From Octopus vulgaris (taxonomy: Eukaryota), in NCBI GenBank assembly GCA_951406725.2, contig OX597816.1, positions 141,484,001-141,548,000 on the forward strand: a stretch of DNA of 64,000 nt, given 5' to 3'. Position numbers and translations under genes: made by a program. Positions 1 to 14,248 of this stretch are shown here, in pieces (position 1 is the first letter of the stretch; each line of letters starts with the position of its first letter). The notes under the pieces were generated by a model, which saw only the letters and a program-made list of their open reading frames with translations, had not been told where the DNA came from and did no database searches.

Positions 1-130
1 TGACCTGCTTTCTCTTCTGTGGGTCTTACGAATAGCAAAGGACCACGTTTCAGACTTCTCCCACTACAGAGGCATGATCTTGCGAGCTCTGGGACGAAGA
101 CTGCTTCACTCAACAAACAAACAAACAAAC
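1..130 (+). mobile_element. Probable retroposon 3' end with (CAAA)n tail
   Basis: GC-richer segment ending cttcact(caaa)5, truncated by the window edge. Confidence 0.35.
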
Positions 131-1564
131 ATTGACAGCAATTAAAACTTGAAAGAAACAAACAGTTGAACTGAACTGAAATGAGTTTTGTTACTGTAAA
201 CTATAGTGATGATGGTGTGTTGATAGTGAAAGGAGTTTTTTTTTATTGAACTAAATCTATATTTTATTTCTACCTGTTTATTCACACTTTATGTTTTAGT
301 TTGTTAGAGAGGAGGAAGAGGTGGAGAGAGAGAGAGAGGAAGAGGGAATGTGAGAGTGAGTGAGAGGAAGAGGGAATGTGAGATAGCCAGCCGATGCATT
401 ATGCTGTCACTCATGTGGTTAGAGGAAGTGAAAAGTGAAGAGAAAGAGAGAAATGTTAAAGACATGATGAAGGGAATTACATAGTTAAAAAGTTTGTTGA
501 AGCGGTAGAGAGAAATAGAGAAATATAAAGTGCTTAGCAGAGGGAAATTTAAAGTTATATAATATATCATTGCGACTGGAAGTGAAATAACTTAGCAAAA
601 TAAAAATTAAAATGCAAATCATCCTTTCCTTCTTAAATAGCTTCTCTTAATCATTTTCATTTATGTGGAATATCCATGGGTCCCACTAGTAGAGATTATA
701 TTGCCAACCTGGATATATGTTATGTATAGGCTGAAACTTATATCTCATGTATGAGATAAGCTTCTGCATAGTTTCTGTTTATCACAAGCTATTGGTCAAC
801 CCAATGTGATGGTGGGAAACATTTACCCAAGATTTTGTGCAGTGGGATCAAGTGTGAAACCATGTAGTTAGAAAGTAATCTTCTTAAACCTACAAACATA
901 TTCATTATATAATTATTTCTACCCTGCGCTCTCTGTTATGCAACTTTTCTTGTATGTATGTACATATGCATAAAGCACACTGAGGATTATTATTAAATAG
1001 GCAAATCAATATTTTTATATTTTATAGCAAATCCTAAATAATCTAAGCCTCATATTTCACTAATATCTTTTGCTTTATCGCCAAGGATTGTTTAATTAAC
1101 TCTTGAAATGTTAAATAATGAAATTTAGATATGGCTATTTCAGCACAAATTTAAGAGAAATGGAGACAGTTGTTATTTAAGACATAATAAAAGGATATTT
1201 TGGAGGAAACGAGAAAAGAAGGGAAGTTTGAAGGACTGATAGGCTTAAAAGGAGGAAAATAAGATAAAGCAAGTATTGAAATGAAGCAGGTAGATGATTA
1301 CATTTCTATTCATGATAGGAACATATTTCTAAACCAAATGGATAAACAAATAAGTAAATAATATAGATTGCTTCTAAAAATAAAGAAAAAAGGTCCATGC
1401 TTGAAAGGATAATGATAAATGGTTGAGTTGACTTTCATTTATTTTTGGTTCTTGGATTATCAATTCTAGAAGAATAAAGGGAATAAGTGACAGTGGGATT
1501 TGAAATGAGGAAAAGGAGATATCAAATTAGTTGCAGTAATACAACAGGTTTGGTATGTATGTGA

Positions 1565-1935
1565 TTCTTTTATCTTTTATTTGTCTCAGTCATTTAACTG
1601 TGGCTGTACTGAAGCACTACCTCAAGGGTTTTTAGTCAAATGAATTGACCCCAGTACTTATTTTTTAAGCTTAGTACTTATTTTATTGGTTTCTTTTACC
1701 AAACTGCTGAGTTACAAGGACATAAACACACCAACACCGGTTGCCAGGCAGTGATGGAGAGACAAACACATACACTAAGAGACACACACACACACACACA
1801 CAGATATACATATGAGTTTCTTTTAGTTTCTATCTACCAATTCCACTCACAAGGCTTTGGTTGGCCTGAGGCTATAGTAGAAGACACTTGTCCAAGGTGC
1901 CACGCAGTAGGACTGAACCCAGAACCACGTGGTTC
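1565..1935 (-). mobile_element. Family A SINE
   Basis: Reverse complement of the 8563-9050 family, internal (CA)n. Confidence 0.8.
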
Positions 1936-2136
1936 TCAAAGACAGGAACAGATTTTTTTTATGACTATCTGAACTAGAAAGTTTTTTGCATGGTAGAGCT
2001 TTCTTTTTACTAATTTAGATCACTAGACTAATAAATACACATACAGACAATAGTAAGAACTAGAATAAAGCAAAACTACTAATATTGAAAAAGTCTGCAT
2101 ACAACTAAACTAAAGGAATACTATAGATGACTATAG

Positions 2137-2258
2137 TGTATGTGTATGTATGTATGTATGTATGTATGTATGTATGTATGTATGTATGTATGTATGTATG
2201 TATGTATGTGTGTATGTGTGTATGTATGTGTGTATATGCATGCATATGTGTGTATGTA

Positions 2259-2293
<35 letters not shown>
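2137..2293. repeat. (TATG)n/(TG)n/(TA)n compound microsatellite
   Basis: Direct reading. Confidence 0.95.
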
Positions 2294-4619
2294 GCAGGTG
2301 TGTGAATGTATGTGTATATATTTACAATTATGTACATAGCTGTATTGTAGCAAGTAGACTTTAAGACTCAATTTTCTTGTCTTCATTAAAACAGCATAGA
2401 AACAACCAGTTCCAGTATAACCGTTTGCCAACAACTTGACCCTATGTTTCCCGTTATCCTTCAAATGCCAAATAATTTTATGAAAATCCCATTTTTCACC
2501 TGCCTTCTCTAAACAACAAAATCATTATCAATATGATAGACAATGGTAGCTGGTCTAACATAGTCACTTCATAGCGCTTTCTTGCCAAGATGCTATGATA
2601 TTCAGAATAATCAAATTGATCCATCAAAATTTATTTGCAATAAAGATGTCAGTAAAAGAAAGGCATTAGCAATCCAAATGATTTGCTGCAAAGCAAATCA
2701 TATTAATATAGAGATAAAATTTCATTTGCTATTGGAGTCTTTTCTTTGAGGTTCACTTGTAATGATGTGAATGGACTGAGGTTTACATAACAGGACAACA
2801 ACTGACAGCTATTGTATATAAGCTAATATAAATAAACCTCATTTATATAAGACAAAACAACCAGAAATAAAACAGATACTGAAAACTAAATTAATGCATA
2901 GAAGTACATTATAATACACCTGCGTGTGCATATCTGGACTGTTTCCCAGCAATGTGAGTGTGTGCGTGTGTGCGTGCACACTCACAAAGATATATATTTA
3001 TATATATATATCTATCATGGAAAATGGATGATAAAAGATGATGATGATGATATATGCATACATATATTATGCACAACACAACACACCTCACTGTGGGTTA
3101 AATAAAAAGTAAACAGGTTCTATGCTATTGATATACAGGAAAAAGATGGAATAAGTTTCCTTCTGAATTGTTAACCACTCTGCAGTAAAGACATACTTGG
3201 CTTCCATCCCCAATCAATAGTGTAATACATTAGCTGCAATTTAAGGCAGTCATAAATTAGACTAGCACCTTGGTGAATAGCTGAATTTGCATATTTGTGC
3301 TTTTGGTGTTTCTTTATGAATTAAAGCAATACTTTTTTCATACAAAGCAGTGTATATCACAGGAAATGAAATAAATTTAAGCATTACAAAGCCTTGGTGT
3401 GTGAGACAGCCTGACACCAAGCCAGAAAGGATATCTCTACATAATGGAGACAAACTTTTTGTTAGGTTACTGTATGCACTGTATAATTAGTGAGACAGTA
3501 TAATTGGTGAGTTACTGTATAATCAGCCCATACATGGATGGCAAAGTCTTGTAAGACAAGTACAAGGAAAGGGAGCTCATATGTTCTATGAGTAATATAT
3601 TATTTCTTTAAGCTGTCTCAACCAGTTTGCCATAGATGGAGGGTAAACTCAAACCTCTGTTGGATCAAATAATATAATTTGTTTTTACCTATACTCCTTA
3701 ATATATTGTTCTTTTATTTCTCTTCCAATCTTTCACCATATTATTTTCTCTCCTCTTTGAGCCTACTCCACAATGCATAAACTTAGCCTCTCAGGCCCCA
3801 CATCAAGTTCCATAGCCTGTTTTGGCATGGTATCTACAGCTTGATGCCCTTCCTAATGCCAACCACTTTACAGAGCATACTGGGTGCTTTTAACATGGCA
3901 CCATCATCAGTGCTTTTTATGTGGCACCATCACCAGTGCTTTTTATGTGGCACCATCACTAGTGCTTTTTATGTAGCACCAGAACCCACATCAATACTTT
4001 TTTATGTGGAACCTTGATTTTAGGATCTCAAATTTGTTATGGTGAGTGTGTCTTCTTGAGTACAGAGTCCTCTCTTATCTCTCTTGGTCCTCTGTCATCT
4101 CATTTATCATCAACTTAAATTAAATAGTTGTCTATTCTATATCTTATCTATCTTCTTTAAGAAATGTCTGCTCATATTTAATCTTCAGTAACGTTAACAC
4201 ATCTAAGAAAAAGAATAAACTACTGAAACACAAAACTCAGACATAGATTTACATAATTTATTTTAGTTTCTATGTGTTGATATAACAAACCAGCTACCCC
4301 TACCAATTTGAATGTGACTACTCACGAAAGTTCCTGAGAGAACTTCTCAATATGCTATTCAACGCTGTGGAGACAGTCAGCTAGGATATCTCTACATAAC
4401 AAAAACAAACTTTTTTCCAAGTCACATCAGATCACCTTGTCCTCAAACCATTTAGTAACTAAAGCCTGCCTGCATCCTTATGTTGAGGAAATTTATGAGC
4501 AAGACATGAACTCTGCAAGCCAAATCACAGGTTACCAGCCTCAGAGGGCAGCAAATCTGTGTAAGAACTGACAGAAAGTATAGAGGATTTATTAGACTTC
4601 CATGCATGGGATAGCCTCG

Positions 4620-4882
4620 AGATACATAACTGACCAGGCTATCAGATATCATTACACATCGCTGGTCACAGTGCATATTTGCATTGTTTTAGCCGTCAAA
4701 TGACACCATCCTGCTGGCTAGGTAAGCAGGCCAGCATTCCCCACTGACTGAAATGGGGACTGGAGCAACGTGAAATGAAGTGGTTTGCTCAAGAACACAA
4801 CGTGTTGCCCACTCTGGGAATCGAGCCTATGATCTAGTGATTGTGAGTGTAACAGCCTAACTACTTAACCATGTGCTTTCAT
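4620..4882 (-). mobile_element. Family C SINE, decayed
   Basis: Shares ttacacatcgctggtcaca..gcattgttttagcc..aatgac with 49566-49870. tRNA-like head gggaatcgagcc. Confidence 0.75.
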
Positions 4883-5392
4883 GGTGCATTTAGTGTACTC
4901 TATAAAGTGGTTGGTGACATGAAAGGCATCTAGTCATAAAAACTAAGCTAAAATATGGGAAGCACATAAGAGAGGTAGACTCTGCAAACCACATTACAAA
5001 CTGCCTGCCTAGGAAGATAGTGGCAGGGAATAAGAAATGATTTAGTGCAGAGGGGATTCTTTACTACTCTTTTCTTTGTATCTTTACTGTTCCAAAATAG
5101 AACAATCTCTCTAGTGTTAATGGTATGATAAAAAATGCCTTTTCACTGCTGCTGAGTGTATGCAAGACGATATGGACTGTAACAACTGATGTAACCTGTC
5201 CAGACCATGCCAGTATGGAAAAATAGACATAAAATAGTGATGATGATGTTGTTGTTGTTGTCGATGATAATGATAATAATATATGCTTATTTGGAGTTGA
5301 TGAGTCACCATTTGTACACATAAATGTCCACACTCATATAATCCTATAAGATCATAAACAGTGATTCCAGATGAAAATTAAATATGTGTGTG

Positions 5393-5430
<38 letters not shown>

Positions 5431-6517
5431 GACATACAGATAGACAAACAGACCAAGATGAAACCATTAGCTATGCAACTAATATGATGATAATAGTTAT
5501 TATATATAGTACTACTGATGATTATCAAATGAACTGTTGCTACATATACAATTATTTTTTTGTTTTTAATGTATAACAGTAAGAAGTATTTGACCATTAT
5601 TGCACAATAGGATACTATTAAAGCTCTAACTATGCAGTTTCTTATGGAAAAACTAGTCTCATTCTCTTCCATTTCTTAGTTTTTTTCTTTCTATTGATTA
5701 TCAAAGGAAATTATTTAGTCATGATTCAAGTTATCTTTATACTGATTGTAATATTTTTCTAATGGACAATTTCTACCTCTCTTTTAGTATTTACCAATAC
5801 CTATAAGAGAATCAATCAATTCTGTACATGAAGATGATTCAATGCATAGAATATCTTTATATATATTGATATCAAAGTTAATCTGTTCTTAAAAACCAAC
5901 AAGAAAAGATTACTCTAAACCATAAATCAATAGCAAAAGAAAATTTTAAAAGCACTTTTGTTGCTTCATGTCAGCAATGTTTTAGAGAGAATTATCTATC
6001 TTTATATATTATCACGATAAGCAAGTAGTCTGAGGAATTACCATACATAATTCAACAGTTAGGACAGAGAATTAACATAAAAATAACTGTTTTGCAGTTC
6101 ATTTCTTATTTATATAATTCAACTTTATGTATTTGTATTAGAAAAGGATTTGTTTCTAAGTCTTGGTCAAAATGCCAGCAAGCCAGTTTGATTCAACAAA
6201 TGTCGAATTCAATAAAAGAAAACGGGACATTACAAATATAATAAAAAACAGAAATAAAAACAAAAGCAAGCAAACAGTAAACAAACAAGATTCAATAATT
6301 TCAATGAAGAACCATAACAAAAACTGGTTGCAGAGTTATCTAATTATCTGAAACAATTAAAATTGTGAATGTGTATAAATTTAAAGTAATGGTTAAAAGG
6401 TGACATCTTTATGAAGCCATTTTATTTTGTTTTTATTCTTCAGAGGCCAATAGGTGTACTCAACTCTATTACTGTCCCTACAATAAATAAGTACTAAAAA
6501 AATAAATGGCCAATATG

Positions 6518-6558
<41 letters not shown>

Positions 6559-6704
6559 TGATGATGATGATTATGGCAATGACAATGATAATGATGGGTG
6601 TGATAGTGGTGATGATGATGACGTTGATGATGATGCTGATATGATGCTGATAATGACAACAATGCTGAAGATGGTAATACTTATACTATTGCTAACAATA
6701 ATAC

Positions 6705-7070
6705 TAATCCTTTCTACTACAAGTGCAAGGCCTTGGTGGGAGGGGACTAGTCTACAGCAACCTCAGTGTTTCACTGGTGCCTAATTTATTGATCGCAAAA
6801 GGATGCTAATGATTCTGCCAGCTCACCACCTTCTTAATAATAATAGTAATAATAATAATTTCAATTTTTTTCCACAAGGGCAGCTTGAGGGAGGTGGGGA
6901 AGAGTTGGTTATATCGATCTTGGTGTTCAACTGGTACTTATTTTATCAACCCTGAAAGGATGAAAGGCAAAGTTGACCATGACTGAGTTTGAACTCAGAA
7001 CGTAGCAACAGGTGAAATACCACTAAGAATTTCATCCAGTATGTTAACAGTTCTGCCAGCTCACCACCTT
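6705..7070 (-). mobile_element. Two tandem decayed family B SINEs separated by (TAA)n
   Basis: Both end in ttctgccagctcaccacctt (reverse complement of the head). ggtacttattttatcaaccctgaaaggatgaaaggcaaag core. Confidence 0.75.
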
Positions 7071-7804
7071 AATATTAATAAGAATAATAATGATTATAAT
7101 CGTAGTGATAGCAGGGAGAGGAGGAGAAAAAGAAGAAGAAGGATGGTAGTGGTAGTGATAGTTGGGATGAGGAGGAAGTGAACAACAACAACGACAACAG
7201 CAACACCTGATGCATAATTAACAACTCTAGTTTTGAGTGATGCTGAAAAGAAAATGTAGTAGTGGTGGTGGTGGCACTGATGGTGGCAAGGGGTCAGCAA
7301 ATAGGTTAGAATGATTAGAATAATCTGCCTTCACAAAAGAGAAGGAAAAACAAGGCCAGTAATTCTAAAGCTTTAACTGATTGAGAAGTTCAAGATAATT
7401 TCTCTGAGGGTCTACTTAAGGAACTTATAACATTACAAAAGCAAAACCCCAGACGTTTCTCTCAACTCAATATGTACTTGAATTAAAATGAATATATTGG
7501 CAATAGTAAATGAGAAAGCCAATGACCTCCACTATTTTGATAACACTGAATATGTCAGATCCTACAGTTTATTTCAATCGAGTCACACACACTAAACAAG
7601 CTTGTGTTTCTCATATTTTCTGGTGCCAAATTTATTAGACACTGATGTCTTTTTATATGTTGGATTTTACCGTGCTAATGTATCATGAATTGAATTGATA
7701 TGAAAATTTGAAAATGGCCATTTATATGAGATTCTGTTTCATGAGATTGATAAAAATGGAAGTGACTTGCTCCTATTTATCATCGTTTATCCAAGTCAGC
7801 TTAT

Positions 7805-7865
<61 letters not shown>

Positions 7866-7953
7866 ATGTGTGTGTTTATGTGTGTGAATATATCATTGTT
7901 AACTCATATATATTTGTGTAGAAAAAGATATGTGTGCATGTATGGATATGAAT

Positions 7954-7998
<45 letters not shown>

Positions 7999-8562
7999 GT
8001 TCAAATTTATAGAAAAATAAAAGATGACAGGTGTAGGCACAACAAGCAAGTGTATTAGTTTGGCGCTCAGTAAAAATGAAAAAATCTTTTACATTTCGAA
8101 CCTATGCTCTTTGACTGAAAGGAATAAGAGGAAATAAATAGAGAGAGAATGAAAAAAAAAATGTGTAGAGTTCAGCAGTCCAGCATGGAGAATGATTGGG
8201 AAAAAAAGAGGTTGAATGAAAATGAGATAATAATGTTGATCCCAACAAGCTAAGGTGTGCAAATGTGTGTGTGTATGTGAGAATGGTGAGTGTAAGTATG
8301 TATGTGTGAATAGGGGCGAGTGAGTTGGATGTGTATATTTGTGTGCATGTGTAATGTGCACATGTTTGTGTGTAGCAGTTGATAGGTGCTTTTTCATGTG
8401 ATGTGTGCACATGTGTATGTGTGTGTCCATGTGACCAAATAGTGTGCATGTGTATATATAGCCTGCATTCAGGTATCATATGCATGAGTGGGTGTGGGAG
8501 TATATGTTGTCTGTGTTCAGGTATTATGTGCTTGCGTGGGTGTGGGAGTGAATATATACAAA

Positions 8563-8751
8563 GTGCAGGCATAGCTGTGTGGTAAAAAGCTTGCTTCCCA
8601 ACCACATGGTTCTGAGTTCAGTCCCACTGCATGGCACCTTGGGCAAGTATCTTCTACTATAACCTCAGGCCAACCAAAGCATTGTGAATGGATTTGGTAG
8701 ATGGAAACTGAAAGAAGCTCATGTATATATATATGCATGTATGTATGTACA

Positions 8752-8796
<45 letters not shown>

Positions 8797-9050
8797 ATAC
8801 ATACATGTATGTATTTATGTGTGTATATATATATATGTTTGTGCACATATCTTTTTGTCTGGTCCTCCCTCCACAGCTTGACATCTGGTATTGGTGTGTT
8901 TACATCCCCTTAGCTTAGTGGTTTAGAGAAAGAGACCAATAGAATAAGTACTAAGCTAGAAAAAAATCTTTTAAGTACTGAGGTTGATTCATTTGACTAA
9001 AAATTTTTCAAGGTGGTGCCCCAGTATGGCCACAGTCTAATGACTGAAAA
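8563..9050 (+). mobile_element. tRNA-derived CORE-like SINE (family A) with internal microsatellite
   Basis: Head gcaggcatagctgtgtggtaa..gagttcagtccc, caccttgggcaagt core, internal (TA)/(TATG) tract 8722-8845, 3' part gaataagtact...cagtatggccacagtctaatgactgaaa. Confidence 0.85.
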
Positions 9051-9219
9051 AAAATATAAATATATATATATATAAATGGATAGGTTTAAGAGACAGAATC
9101 ACCCTCAAACAATCATCATTGAATGACATTATCCACAATAGGTACAAATAGGACTAAATATTAAAATTATCAAAATTAATACCTATAATTCTTATTCCAA
9201 ATTATCAAAATTAATACCT

Positions 9220-9452
9220 ATTTCTTTATTACCCACAAGGGACTAAACATAGAGGGGACAAACAAGGACAGACATAGGTATTAAGTCGATTACATCGACC
9301 CCAGTGCGTAACAGGTACTTAATTTATCGACCCCGAAAGGATGAAAGGTAAAGTCGACCTTGGCGGAATTTGAACTCACAACGTAACGGCAGACGAAATA
9401 CCGTTAAGCATTTCGCCCGATGTGCTAACGATTCTGCCAGCTCTCCACCTTT
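9220..9452 (-). mobile_element. Young tRNA-derived SINE (family B), 19-bp TSD
   Basis: TSD attatcaaaattaatacct at 9201-9219 and 9453-9471. CpG-rich body, B box gagttcaaattcc. Confidence 0.9.
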
Positions 9453-10817
9453 ATTATCAAAATTAATACCTTCAATTCTTATTTCAAATCATATACTTTA
9501 CTACACTCGTTTCATGACAACATATTCCTCAGTATTGCTGAAATAGAATGTCTCTAAATACAATACCATATTAAAACGATTTATATTACCAATCTTCAGG
9601 TCTAGCATATATGAACTTATTTTGCTATTTGCATCCTATATAAAGACATGACAAACTAAAATTATATAACTAGAAGTTGTTGGAATAATTTTACTTTAGT
9701 AAATAATGAACAGAAATGTGGAATAAAAGTAGGAAAATGAATGTTAGTAAAAAGAAATGTTAACTTATCTGCATGGTAATTTTCTCTCCATGAATTAAAC
9801 ATGGCTACCAGCAATAATATAATCCAACATTGAGAGCTACTTTTTGGGCGAGATAATTCTTATTAACATTTAAAAGTCCTTAAAAGGTATTTTCTATTAT
9901 TTAAAATAATAAATCAGGAGAAGCCAGAAGTGAGTGTATGATGGGAATAGTCTTCTTTTTTTTCTTGTTTAATTCATTTTATTTATATGTTAACTTTGAT
10001 AAAAAATAAATTTCTAGGTTGGTAAATAGGTAAACTAAATTACTCAACTTATAATTTTAAAATATTTAAAATATTTTGAAATAAGTAAAAGTCAGTAAAA
10101 ATTAGTAAAAAAATCATTTTTTATCATTTTTATAATTATAATACAATTAATATATATTGATTATAGTATTTTTATTAAAATTGAGTTTCTAAATCAAGAT
10201 TAAAAATTCCCTCACATGACACCCTACTGCTTCAAATGCATTGGGCAACGTAGTTCCTGATAAATACACACACACATTCATGCATGTATAAACACACACA
10301 CATGATGATTGCTTCATATTGTCAGATGATAGCTGTCTCATATTCAGCCTGATTGTCCTGATCTGCTTTCATCCTTGCATGTAAGCAGATATGACTTTAC
10401 ATGTTGCCATGCATTCAATCCATCACCAAGAAATTAAATAGTGAGTCATCAGTACATCATTACATATAAGTGACAAAAGCTTGTACAACACCTTTATCAC
10501 TCTCTTGGCCACCACAGTAGGCTCTAGTGTCAAGCATTGCAAGATAACTAATACTACTATTTTGAGTGCAAGTTTTAAGTCAGAGTATCTTTTTTCCTAG
10601 AAGAGCTGCCTTCCTCACAGCTTTGTCAAAAATAATCGGAGTTTCCTCTACCCCTGGGAAATTTATTTAACCTTTAAATGGAACTTTGACTACTGTTCCA
10701 GGTCAGAACAGACCTAGGAGTAATGATACTTAAAGTGTGACTACATGCTCCCCACAACTCTAGAACTTCTGAACTGAAGCCTCTCCATCAGATGTAGTTT
10801 AATGTCATACCCAGGAC

Positions 10818-11090
10818 ATACATAAATACGTACATACATACATATATACATACATACATACATACATACACACATACATACATACACACATACATGCATA
10901 CATACATACATACATACATACATACATACATACACATACGTACATACTTACATACACACATACATGCATACATACATACATACATACATACACGCATACA
11001 TGCATACATACATACATACATACACATACGTACATACATACATACATACATACATACACACACACATACACACACATACATACATACATA
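10818..11090. repeat. (CATA)n compound microsatellite
   Basis: Direct reading. Confidence 0.95.
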
Positions 11091-13056
11091 TTTAGAAAGG
11101 AAACATCATGGTTGGACCATGTTGAGCTAGGCCTAAACAGTAGAAACAAGTGCTTGAGGATTTGCCCTTTATTGTTGTCTAAGACAGTATTTCTCATGGT
11201 AGTGCTAATTGTGGGGGACAGGATGTTGGTTTCTAAGGACTACAAAAAGGGAAAAACTGCCCTGTTCAGATGGTTTCCAATTTTGCAAACTTGTCTAACA
11301 CCATGGTGAAGAAAAAAAAGGATTAACATCTTCAGGCATTGAGCCTCACAAATGTCTGGCAGTTTGCTGGCTTGAAAGGACATGTCAAGCTAAGTAAAAT
11401 CATGGTTGTCCTTGCATATAGGCATGCCCCCTACACCCCTCTTTAGCTGAGCAGTCCTTATTTTGCAAGCTTGTGGGAGCTGGTGTCACATCAAAAGTAC
11501 CCATGCCAATGCTGTGTAAAGGCACTCATGCTAGTGTGGTGTAAAAACACCCAGGACATGCTATAAAGTAGTTGGCATTATGAAGGGTATCCAGTTGTAG
11601 AAACCATGCCAAAACAAACATGGAACCTGGGCAGCTCTTCAACTAACCTGCTCCTGTCAAACTGTTCAACCCATGACAGCATGGAAAACATGTTAAATGA
11701 TAATGATGATGATATCTCTTTTGCTTTTGCATTATTAAAGAAAGAGTGGTGTCATCAAAAAATTTCACTAATATTTGCCAGTTGTAGAGAGATGCAACAA
11801 GAAAAAAGAAACCTCAGACCATGATCCCACAGTGCAATATCCCAGTCTACTTTGACATTTCATCTTTTCTCACAACACTTGGCAAAATATGGACATGATT
11901 AACCAGATGTATTAGAGATGGTGTTCTGAAAATCTCTACACTGAATTTGTAAGCCAACTGGACTGAGAAAGGTGTGAAAAATGTGGTAAGGAATCTGAAG
12001 CTGAGATTGGAAATGTAATATATCTTATGGAGGGTAAACAAGGATGAGACAAACCATATTTTGATTGAAGGTAAATAGGGACAAAAATATGGAGAGAGAG
12101 AGAGGGGGAAAGAGGGAGAGAAGGAGAGAGAGAGGGAAAGAGGGAGAGAATGGAGAACGAATGAGAGTGAAAAGATATACGAAAAAAAACAACGGAAAAT
12201 AAAAAGAGATGGAACTGAGAAGATGAAGCAGAGCAATCACTAATAACTGACCTCATCTATATTAAATGAGTATTTATACATTTAGTAGAAAATAATCTAA
12301 TGATAGGTTAACTATGGAACCAATAAACAGAAAAATATAAAACAACAAAAAAAGCATATCATAATGGACAGAAGTTTCTAGAAATAATTATGGAATGATA
12401 CAAGAGAAATAGATCAAAGTAAATTATATTTAATTAGATAAAGCAAACAAATACAGCATCAACAATAATTATCATGAAGGGAATAAGATATTGATTTAGT
12501 GTGGCTTATATCTTTAATAATAATAATAACAATAATGTTGATAATAATCTGGATAATAATAACAGTAACATCAATCATAACGGTGAGAATATATAGATTT
12601 TCATACATTCTATATTATCACCACTCCAGTTACTATGAGGACTACTACAGCAGCAATGATGATGGTGATGGTGATGATTCTTTTATTGGCTACAAGGACC
12701 TGAAACTGTGGGGACAGTACAAAGGTTAAAAAAAAAACAAAAACGAATAGCAAACAAGAAACGATAGAGGATTTACATAGAGTAAATGGTGAGATGAATA
12801 ATAAACAATAGTGACACGTTTGTTCATAAACATAACCATATTCATCGTTTCATAGTTCCTTACATAGATACAAGGTTTCAAAATTGGAGGGAGGGAACAG
12901 TTGATAAGATCATTACCCAGAATACTGGTATTCAAGTTGTTCACCATGGAAGGATGAAAAGAAAGGCTGACTCTGGCAAGATTTGAACTCAAGATATAAT
13001 GGGACATGAAATATCACAAGGATGCTACACCGATTCTGCCACCAATTGCTCTCATT

Positions 13057-13113
<57 letters not shown>

Positions 13114-13124
13114 CTCCACAACTG

Positions 13125-14247
13125 CCTGAAATCCCAATTTTTGAGGATAAAATGGATTTGTACTGACATGGGGGATTACTGGAAACACGCAAATGCTTTT
13201 GTACACCATTATGTCAAACACAGTTACAGTGAATCACGGTTAAAGGAAATAGCAAATGGGATTGCTAAGATTAGCAAAGAAAGTCAAACCTTTACACATA
13301 ATTTTAGCAAACACAATACAATATGTGACAAAATTCCTTTAGTGATTAACTGGCACCAAACTTTTGCTGGCATTTCAAAAAGTATTGCATGAAAGTTACC
13401 AGCATGTTGCAGAAAAATATCCTCATTTCAAACAGATATTTCCTCTGCCACCTATTGTAGCCTTTAGACGGAATAAAAATATACGGGAACTACTGATCTC
13501 TATTCCTGACTCTAAGAAAACTAACATCGGAGTACCTGCATGCTATACCTTGAAGAAAAGCCGCAAGAGAGGCAAGCCCTATTCATTGTGCAACAACAGG
13601 AGTCAAGTGAATTCCAATGGGGATCATAACAGAAATGTTTTGATTTATACAGAAGGTGGGATATGTAGAGATTCCCATTTGGTGTATGTGGTAGAATGCA
13701 CGAACTACGACTTGATTTATGTTGGTTGCACAACAGAACAATTAAACAAAAGATTTAATGGGCACAGATATGACATCAGGCACAATAACAGTAGTTCAAG
13801 AGAACTTGCCGAACATCTTGCTTCAAACGGCTGCAATTTTGAAAAAAGACTTGAAAGTGCATATTCTTAGAAAATATTCTGAATCTGTTTCACTTTCAAT
13901 ACTCAAAATGCATGAGGAGAAATATGTTTGCAGGTTACTAACATCACACTCTGGAAGAATGAATAAAATGACAGGAGAATAACATCAAATTGATACAAAA
14001 CTTTTTTCTCTCTATTTTTTTCTGTCTTTTCCTTTTTGCCAGTTATAAAATTGGAACTTAAAGACTGATGATGTCATTCCATCTACATGTGGACACTGGT
14101 TGCTCTTGTAAATACTTTTGATTTGAATTTCTATAATTTTGAATTTTTATCATTTTGTATTTTGAATTCAACAGACAAGCTTGCTGTCAAAATATCATTC
14201 AACCAATTAAATATTTATTGCAGTTGCATTGCACTTTTCGTCTTGTC

Positions 14248-14248
<1 letters not shown>
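13125..14248 (+). mobile_element. 5'-truncated, frameshifted Penelope-like retroelement (Neptune-type): RT thumb/C-terminus, linker and GIY-YIG endonuclease, plus 3' pseudo-LTR
   Basis: ORFs 13006-13392, 13364-13870 and 13758-13982 join by two frameshifts into KSQFLRIKWICT...IPLVINWH...IFPLPPIVAFRRNKNIRELL...C...LVYVVECTNYDLIYVGCTTEQLNKRFNGHR...LAEH...LKMHEEKYVCRL...GRMN*, i.e. GIY-YIG motifs VY..IYVG.T..R..H..E..N. Flanked by (TAC)n/(CAC)n on the left and (TAA)n on the right. Confidence 0.9.

Noticed and set aside
2105-2464. Many ORFs of the MYVCMYV / HTYIHT / YIYI / IIII type across the window
   Set aside because: They are translations of microsatellites, stop-free only because of repeat periodicity.
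11815-11845. Minus-strand TATTGCAC seed suggesting a miR-32/92-family gene (miR-32 is intronic in vertebrate TMEM245)
   Set aside because: The rest of the sequence does not match the miR-92/32 matures, I see no convincing precursor hairpin, and it lies far downstream of the exon.
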